This document shows, in pieces, positions 1 to 9,800 of a stretch of DNA of 64,000 nt (position 1 is its first letter; every line of letters starts with the position of its first letter). The position numbers were made by a program, and so were the translations under genes. Under the pieces are notes generated by a model. The model saw only the letters and a program-made list of their open reading frames with translations, made no database searches and was not told where the DNA came from. This DNA is from Auanema rhodensis (lineage: Eukaryota > Animalia > Nematoda): NCBI GenBank assembly GCA_964057225.1, contig OZ059900.1:7564001-7628000 (forward strand), given 5' to 3'.

Positions 1-348
1 CAAGAATTATTGGTTTTTTGGGGATTGAAGGGCATTTTGGCAAAATCAGTCAAACTTTTGATCTTAAGCATATTTTTTTCTTCTAAAACGACTAAATGTA
101 TGAAATACTGTCATAGAATGTTCATATAGGTGTATTTTGCACGAATATCAAAACTGATTGAAATATGGGCCTTTTTATGCTCAAAACGCCATATATTCAA
201 CGATTTTGGGTACAAAACATGTGAAAACTGTATGTTTTGATCAGACCCTTTGAGATATGGATTTGAAATTCAGGATTCATAAACTTTGACTATTTTTACA
301 TATATATGTTCAATTTTAACCACTTTGGTCAAAAAGGACCGAAAATAT
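1..348. repeat. Reference monomer (348 bp, ~30% GC)
   Basis: The first full copy ends ...GGACCGAAAATAT at 348. Near-invariant single sites: AflII CTTAAG 63-68, HaeIII GGCC 168-171, RsaI GTAC 210-213, PciI ACATGT 217-222, BclI TGATCA 238-243. GATC occurs at 60-63 and 239-242. Confidence 0.98.
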
Positions 349-633
349 CAAGAATTATTGGTTTTTTGGGGATTGAAGGGCATTTTGGCAAAATCAGTCA
401 AACTTTTGATCTTAAGCATATTTTTTTCTTCTAAAACGACTAAATGTATGAAATACTGTCATAGAATGTTCATATAGGTGTATTTTGCACGAATATCAAA
501 ACTGATTGAAATATGGGCCTTTTTATGCTCAAAACGCCATATATTCAACGATTTTGGGTACAAAACATGTGAAAACTGTATGTTTTGATCAGACCCTTTG
601 AGATATGGATTTGAAATTCAGGATTCATAAACT

Positions 634-3600
634 TCGACTATTTCTACATATATATGTCCAATTTTAACCACTTTGGTCAAAAAGGACCGAAAATATCGAG
701 AATTATTGGTTTTTTGGGGTTTGAAGGGCATTTTGGCAAAATCAGTCAAACTTTTGATCTTAAGCATATTTTTTTCTTCTAAAACGACTAAATGTATGAA
801 ATACTGTCGAATAATGTTCATATAGGTGTATTTTGCACGAATATCAAAACTGATTGAAATATGGGCCTTTTTATGCTCAAAACGCCATATATTCAACGAT
901 TTTGGGTACAAAACATGTGAAAACTGTATGTTTTGATCAGACCCTTTGAGATATGGATTTAAAATTCAGGATTCATAAAATTCGACTATTTTTACATATA
1001 TATGTCCAATTTTAACCACTTTGGTCAAAAAGGACCGAAAATATCAAGAATTATTGGTTTTTTGGGGTTTGAAGGGCATTTTGGCAAAATCAGTCAAACT
1101 TTTGATCTTAAGCATATTTTTTTCTTCTAAAACGACTAAATGTATGAAATACTGTCATAGAATGTTCATATAGGTGTATTTTGCACGAATATCAAAACTG
1201 ATTGAAATATGGGCCTTTTTATGCTCAAAACGCCATATATTCAACGATTTTGGGTACAAAACATGTGAAAACTGTATGTTTTGATCAGACCCTTTGAGAT
1301 ATGGATTTGAAATTCAGGATTCATAAACTTCGACTATTTCTACATATATATGTCCAATTTTAACCACTTTGGTCAAAAAGGACCGAAAATATCAAGAATT
1401 ATTGGTTTTTTGGGGTTTGAAGGACATTTTGGCTAAATCAGTCAAACTTTTGATCTTAAGCATATTTTTTTCTTCTAAAACGACTAAATGTATGAAATAC
1501 TGTCATAGAATGTTCATATAGGTGTATTTTGCACGAATATCGAAACTGATTGAAATATGGGCCTTTTTATGTTCAAAACGCCATATATTCAACGATTTTG
1601 GGTACAAAACATGTGAAAACTGTATGTTTTGATCAGACCCTTTGAGATATGGATTTGAAATTCAGGATTCATAAACTTCGACTATTTCTACATATATATG
1701 TCCAATTTTAACCACTTTGGTCAAAAAGGACCGAAAATATCAAGAATTATTGGTTTTTTGGGGTTTGAAGGGCATTTTGGCAAAATCAGTCAAACTTTTG
1801 ATCTTAAGCATATTTTTTTCTTCTAAAACGACTAAATGTATGAAATACTGTCAAAGAATGTTCATATAGGTGTATTTTGCACGAATATCAAAACTGATTG
1901 AAATATGGGCCTTTTTATGCTCAAAACGCCATATATTCAACGATTTTGGGTACAAAACATGTGAAAACTGTATGTTTTGATCAGACCCTTTGAGATATGG
2001 ATTTAAAATTCAGGATTCATAAAATTCGACTATTTTTACATATATATGTCCAATTTTAACCACTTTGGTCAAAAAGGACCGAAAATATCAAGAATTATTG
2101 GTTTTTTGGGGTTTGAAGGGCATTTTGGCAAAATCAGTCAAACTTTTGATCTTAAGCATATTTTTTTCTTCTAAAACGACTAAATGTATGAAATACTGTC
2201 ATAGAATGTTCATATAGGTGTATTTTGCACGAATATCAAAACTGATTGAAATATGGGCCTTTTTATGCTCAAAACGCCATATATTCAACGATTTTGCGTA
2301 CAAAACATGTGAAAACTGTATGTTTTGATCAGACCCTTTGAGATATGGATTTGAAATTAGGGATTCATAAACTTCGACTATTTCTACATATATATGTCCA
2401 AGTTTAACCACTTTGGTCAAAAAGGACCGAAAATATCAAGAATTATTGGTTTTTTGGGGTTTGAAGGGCATTTTGGCAAAATCAGTCAAACTTTTGATCT
2501 TAAGCATATTTTTTTCTTCTAAAACGACTAAATGTATGAAATACTATCAAAGAATGTTCATATAGGTGTATTTTGCACGAATATCAAAACTGATTGAAAT
2601 ATGGGCCTTTTTATGCTCAAAACGCCATATATTCAGCGATTTTGGGTACAAAACATGTGAAAACTGTATGTTTTGATCAGACCCTTTGAGATATGGATTT
2701 GAAATTCAGGATTCATAAACTTCGACTATTTCTACATATATATGTCCAATTTTAACCAGTTTGGTCAAAAAGGACCGAAAATATCAAGAATTATTGGTTT
2801 TTTGGGGTTTGAAGGGCATTTTGGCAAAATCAGTCAAACTTTTGATCTTAAGCATATTTTTTTCTTCTAAAACGACTAAATGTATGAAATACTGTCAAAG
2901 AATGTTCATATAGGTGTATTTTGCACGAATATCAAAACTGATTGAAATATGGGCCTTTTTATGCTCAAAACGCCATATATTCAACGATTTTGGGTACAAA
3001 ACATGTGAAAACTGTATGTTTTGATCAGACCCTTTGAGATATGGATTTAAAATTCAGGATTCATAAAATTCGACTATTTTTACATATATATGTCCAATTT
3101 TAACCACTTTGGTCAAAAAGGACCGAAAATATCAAGAATTATTGGTTTTTTGGGGTTTGAAGGGCATTTTGGCAAAATCAGTCAAACTTTTGATCTTAAG
3201 CATATTTTTTTCTTCTAAAACGACTAAATGTATGAAATACTGTCATAGAATGTTCATATAGGTGTATTTTGCACGAATATCAAAACTGATTGAAATATGG
3301 GCCTTTTTATGCTCAAAACGCCATATATTCAACGATTTTGCGTACAAAACATGTGAAAACTGTATGTTTTGATCAGACCCTTTGAGATATGGATTTGAAA
3401 TTCAGGATTCATAAACTTCGACTATTTCTACATATATATGTCCAATTTTAACCACTTTGGTCAAAAAGGACCGAAAATATCAAGAATTATTAGTTTTTTG
3501 GGGTTTGAAGGGCATTTTGGCAAAATCAGTCAAACTTTTGATCTTAAGCATATTTTTTTCTTCTAAAACGACTAAATGTATGAAATACTGTCAAAGAATG

Positions 3601-3765
3601 TTCATATAGGTGTGTTTTGCACGAATATCAAAACTGATTGAAATATGGGCCTTTTTATGCTCAAAACGCCATATATTCAACGATTTTGGGTACAAAACAT
3701 GTGAAAACTGTATGTTTTGATCAGACCCTTTGAGATATGGATTTGAAATTCAGGATTCATAAACT
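634..3765. repeat. Local trimer higher-order repeat (1044 bp), about 3 copies
   Basis: The linked variants TTTAAAATT and AAAATTCG recur at 961, 2005 and 3049 (period 1044). All nine monomers carry TTCGAC instead of TTTGAC, which explains the gap in + strand ORFs here. Confidence 0.75.
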
Positions 3766-6700
3766 TTGACTATTTTTACATATATATGTTCAATTGTAAC
3801 CACTTTGGTCAAAAAGGACCGAAAATATCAAGAATTATTGGTTTTTTGGGGTTTGAAGGGCATTTTGGCAAAATCAGTCAAACTTTTGATCTTAAGCATA
3901 TTTTTTTCTTCTAAAACGACTAAATGTATGAAATTCTGTCATAGAATGTTGATATAGGTGTATTTTGCACGAATATCAAAACTGATTGAAATATGGGCCT
4001 TTTTATGTTCAAAACGCCATATATTCAACGATTTTGGGTACAAAACATGTGAAAACTGTATGTTTTGATCAGACCCTTTGAGATATGGATTTGAAATTCA
4101 GGATTCATAAACATTGACTATTATTACATATATATGTCCAATTTTAACCACTTTGGTCAAAAAGGACCGAAAATATCAAGAATTATTGGTTTTTTGGGGT
4201 TTGAAGGGCATTTTGGCAAAATCAGTCAAACTTTTGATCTTAAGCATATTTTTTTCTTCTAAAACGACTAAATGTATGAAATTCTGTCATAGATTGTTCA
4301 TATAGGTGTATTTTGCACGAATATCAAAACTGATTGAAATATGGGCCTTTTTATGCTCCAAACGCCATATATTCAACGATTTCGGGTACAAAACATGTGA
4401 AAACTGTATGTTTTGATCAGACCCTTTGAGATATGGATTTGAAATTCAGGATTCATAAACATTGACTATTATTACATATATATGTTCAATTGTAACCACT
4501 TTGGTCAAAAAGGACCGAAAATATCAAGAATTATTGGTTTTTTGGGGTTTGAAGGGCATTTTGGCAAAATCAGTCAAACTTTTGATCTTAAGCATATTTT
4601 TTTCTTCTAAAACGACTAAATGTATGAAATTCTGTCATAGATTGTTCATATAGGTGTATTTTGCACGAATATCAAAACTGATTGAAATATGGGCCTTTTT
4701 ATGCTCCAAACGCCATATATTCAACGATTTCGGGTACAAAACATGTGAAAACTGTATGTTTTGATCAGACCCTTTGAGATATGGATTTGAAATTCAGGAT
4801 TCATAAACTTTGACTATTATTACATATATATGTCCAATTTTAACCACTTTGGTCAAAAAGGACCGAAAATATCAAGAATTATTGGTTTTTTGGGGTTTGA
4901 AGGGCATTTTGGCTAAATCAGTCAAACTTTTGATCTTAAGCATATTTTTTTCTTCTAAAACGACTAAATGTATGAAATACTGTCATAGAATGTTCATATA
5001 GGTGTATTTTGCACGAATATCAAAACTGATTGAAATATGGGCCTTTTTATGCTCAAAACGCCATATATTCAACGATTTTGGGTACAAAACATGTGAAAAC
5101 TGTATGTTTTGATCAGACCCTTTGAGATATGGATTTGAAATTCAGGATTCATAAACTTCGACTATTTCTACATATATATGTTCAATTTTAACCACTTTGG
5201 TCAAAAAGGACCGAAAATATCAGGAATTATTGGTTTTTTGGGGTTTGAAGGGCATTTTGGCAAAATCAGTCAAACTTTTGATCTTAAGCATATTTTTTTC
5301 TTCTAAAACGACTAAATGTATGAAATACTGTCATAGAATGTTCATATAGGTATATTTTGCACGAATATCAAAACTGATTGAAATATGGGCCTTTTTATGC
5401 TCAAAACGCCATATATTCAACGATTTTGGGTACAAAACATGTGAAAACTGTATGTTTTGATCAGACCCTTTGAGATATGGATTTAAAATTCAGGATTCAT
5501 AAAATTCGACTATTTTTACATATATATGTCCAATTTTAACCACTTTGGTCAAAAAGGACCGAAAATATCAAGAATTATTGGTTTTTTGGGGTTTGAAGGG
5601 CATTTTGGCAAAATCAGTCAAACTTTTGATCTTAAGCATATTTTTTTCTTCTAAAACGACTAAATGTATGAAATACTGTCATAGAATGTTCATATAGGTG
5701 TATTTTGCACGAATATCAAAACTGATTGAAATATGGGCCTTTTTATGCTCAAAACGCCATATATTCAACGATTTTGGGTACAAAACATGTGAAAACTGTA
5801 TGTTTTGATCAGACCCTTGAGATATGGATTTGAAATTCAGGATTCATAAACTTTAACTATTTTTACATATATATGTTCAATTTTAACCACTTTGGTCAAA
5901 AAGGACCGAAAATATGAAGAATTATTGGTTTTTTGGGGTTTGAAGGGCATTTTGGCAAAATCAGTCAAACTTTTGATCTTAAGCATATTTTTTTCTTCTA
6001 AAACGACTAAATGTATGAAATACTGTCAAAGAATGTTCATATAGGTGTATTTTGCACGAATATCAAAACTGATTGAAATATGGGCCTTTTTATGCTCAAA
6101 ACGCCATATATTCAACGATTTTGGGTACAAAACATGTGAAAACTGTATGTTTTGATCAGACCCTTTGAGATATGGATTTGAAATTCAGGATTCATAAACT
6201 TTGACTATTTTCACATATATATGTCCAATTTTAACCACTTTGGTCAAAAAGGACCGAAAATATCAAGAATTATTGGTTTTTTGGGGTTTGAAGGGCATTT
6301 TGGCAAAATCAGTCAAACTTTTGATCTTAAGCATATTTTTTTCTTCTAAAACGACTAAATGTATGAAATACTGTCATAGAATGTTGATATAGGTGTATTT
6401 TGCACGAATATCAAAACTGATTGAAATATGGGCCTTTTTATGCTCAAAACGCCATATATTCAACGATTTTGGGTACAAAACATGTGAAAACTGTATGTTT
6501 TGATCAGACCCTTTGAGATATGGATTTGGAATTCAGGATTCATAAACTTTGACTATTTTTACATATATATGTTCAATTTTAACCACTTTGGTCAAAAAGG
6601 ACCGAAAATATCAGGAATTATTGGTTTTTTGGGGTTTGAAGGGCATTTTGGCAAAATCAGTCAAACTTTTGATCTTAAGCATATTTTTTTCTTCTAAAAC

Positions 6701-6896
6701 GACTAAATGTATGAAATACTGTCATAGAATGTTCATATAGGTGTATTTTGCACGAATATCAAAACTGATTGAAATATGGGCCTTTTTATGCTCAAAACGC
6801 CATATATTCAACGATTTTGGGTACAAAACATGTGAAAACTGTATGTTTTGATCAGACCCTTTGAGATATGGATTTGAAATTCAGGATTCATAAACT

Positions 6897-9800
6897 TTGA
6901 CTAATTTTACATATATATGTCCAATTTTAACCACTTTGGTCAAAAAGGACCGAAAATATCAAGAATTATTGGTTTTTTGGGGTTTGAAGGGCATTTTGGC
7001 AAAATCAGTCAAACTTTTGATCTTAAGCATATTTTTTTCTTCTAAAACGACTAAATGTATGAAATACTGTCATAGAATGTTGATATAGGTGTATTTTGCA
7101 CGAATATCAAAACTGATTGAAATATGGGCCTTTTTTTGCTCAAAACGCCATATATTCAACGATTTTGGGTACAAAACATGTGAAAACTGTATGTTTTGAT
7201 CAGACCCTTTGAGATATGGATTTGGAATTCAGGATTCATAAACTTTGACTATTTTTACATATATATGTTCAATTTTAACCACTTTGGTCAAAAAGGACCG
7301 AAAATATCAAGAATTATTGGTTTTTTGGGGTTTGAAGGGCATTTTGGCAAAATCAGTCAAACTTTTGATCTTAAGCATATTTTTTTCTTCTAAAACGACT
7401 AAATGTATGAAATACTGTCATAGATTGTTCATATAGGTGTATTTTGCACGAATATCAAAACTGATTGAAATATGGGCCTTTTTATGCTCCAAACGCCATA
7501 TATTCAACGATTTTGGGTACAAAACATGTGAAAACTGTATGTTTTGATCAGACCCTTTGAGATATGGATTTGAAATTCAGGATTCATAAACTTTGACTAT
7601 TATTACATATATATGTCCAATTTTAACCACTTTGGTCAAAAAGGACCGAAAATATCAAGAATTATTGGTTTTTTGGGGTTTGAAGGGCATTTTGGCTAAA
7701 TCAGTCAAACTTTTGATCTTAAGCATATTTTTTTCTTCTAAAACGACTAAATGTATTAAATACTGTCAAAGAATGTTCATATAGGTGTATTTTGCACGAA
7801 TATCAAAACTGATTGAAATATGGGCCTTTTTATGCTCAAAACGCCATATATTCAACGATTTTGGGTACAAAACATGTGAAAACTGTATGTTTTGATCAGA
7901 CCCTTTGAGATATGGATTTGAAATTCAGGATTCATAAACTTCGACTATTTCTACATATATATGTTCAATTTTAACCACTTTGGTCAAAAAGGACCGAAAA
8001 TATCAAGAATTATTGGTTTTTTGGGGTTTGAAGGGCATTTTGGCAAAATCAGTCAAACTTTTGATCTTAAGCATATTTTTTTCTTCTAAAACGACTAAAT
8101 GTATGAAATACTGTCAAAGAATGTTCATATAGGTGTATTTTGCACGAATATCAAAACTGATTGAAATATGGGCCTTTTTATGCTCAAAACGCCATATATT
8201 CAACGATTTTGGGTACAAAACATGTGAAAACTGTATGTTTTGATCAGACCCTTTGAGATATGGATTTGAAATTCAGGATTCATAAACTTTGACTATTTTC
8301 ACATATATATGTCCAATTTTAACCACTTTGGTCAAAAAGGACCGAAAATATCAAGAATTATTGGTTTTTTGGGGTTTGAAGGGCATTTTGGCAAAATCAG
8401 TCAAACTTTTGATCTTAAGCATATTTTTTTCTTCTAAAACGACTAAATGTATGAAATACTGTCATAGAATGTTGATATAGGTGTATTTTGCACGAATATC
8501 AAAACTGATTGAAATATGGGCCTTTTTATGCTCAAAACGCCATATATTCAACGATTTTGGGTACAAAACATGTGAAAACTGTATGTTTTGATCAGACCCT
8601 TTGAGATATGGATTTGGAATTCAGGATTCATAAACTTTGACTATTTTTACATATATATGTTCAATTTTAACCACTTTGGTCAAAAAGGACCGAAAATATC
8701 AAGAATTATTGGTTTTTTGGGGTTTGAAGGGCATTTTGGCAAAATCAGTCAAACTTTTGATCTTAAGCATATTTTTTTCTTCTAAAACGACTAAATGTAT
8801 GAAATACTGTCATAGATTGTTCATATAGGTGTATTTTGCACGAATATCAAAACTGATTGAAATATGGGCCTTTTTATGCTCCAAACGCCATATATTCAAC
8901 GATTTTGGGTACAAAACATGTGAAAACTGTATGTTTTGATCAGACCCTTTGAGATATGGATTTGAAATTCAGGATTCATAAACTTTGACTATTATTACAT
9001 ATATATGTCCAATTTTAACCACTTTGGTCAAAAAGGACCGAAAATATCAAGAATTATTGGTTTTTTGGGGTTTGAAGGGCATTTTGGCTAAATCAGTCAA
9101 ACTTTTGATCTTAAGCATATTTTTTTCTTCTAAAACGACTAAATGTATGAAATACTGTCATAGAATGTTCATATAGGTGTATTTTGCACGAATATCAAAA
9201 CTGATTGAAATATGGGCCTTTTTATGCTCAAAACGCCATATATTCAACGATTTTGGGTACAAAACATGTGAAAACTGTATGTTTTGATCAGACCCTTTGA
9301 GATATGGATTTGAAATTCAGGATTCATAAACTTCGACTATTTCTACATATATATGTTCAATTTTAACCACTTTGGTCAAAAAGGACCGAAAATATCAAGA
9401 ATTATTGGTTTTTTGGGGTTTGAAGGGCATTTTGGCAAAATCAGTCAAACTTTTGATCTTAAGCATATTTTTTTCTTCTAAAACGACTAAATGTATGAAA
9501 TACTGTCATAGAATGTTCATATAGGTGTATTTTGCACGAATATCAAAACTGATTGAAATATGGGCCTTTTTATGCTCAAAACGCCATATATTCAACGATT
9601 TTGGGTACAAAACATGTGAAAACTGTATGTTTTGATCAGACCCTTTGAGATATGGATTTGGAATTCAGGATTCATAAACTTTGACTATTTTTACATATAT
9701 ATGTTCAATTTTAACCACTTTGGTCAAAAAGGACCGAAAATATCAAGAATTATTGGTTTTTTGGGGTTTGAAGGGCATTTTGGCAAAATCAGTCAAACTT

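Noticed and set aside
14-32. TTTTTTGGGGTTTGAAGGG as a telomere-like or G-quadruplex motif
   Set aside because: It occurs once per monomer with only two runs of three or more G, and it is not tandemly repeated.
1-348. 5S rDNA, tRNA, snRNA or spliced-leader gene array (unit size is compatible)
   Set aside because: I see no GC-richer ~120-bp 5S segment, Pol III internal boxes, cloverleaf or known spliced-leader sequence on either strand by eye. An Infernal/Rfam scan would be decisive.
1-348. Assignment to a named satellite family or species
   Set aside because: I recognise no similarity to alpha satellite, CEN180, Brassica CentBr or the Drosophila 359-bp repeat. Monomer length alone is not diagnostic, so a database search is required.
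618-2420. Minus-strand ORFs 618-911 (97 aa) and 2199-2420 (73 aa)
   Set aside because: Each is created by a private SNP removing a stop in one monomer; they are plain satellite sequence.
4372-4386. CENP-B-box-like TTCAACGATTTCGGG (consensus TTCAACGATTTTGGG at monomer 196-210)
   Set aside because: It matches only 6 of the 9 essential bases of TTCGnnnnAnnCGGG in the consensus and 7 of 9 in two copies, and it lacks the first CpG. This is compatible with chance.
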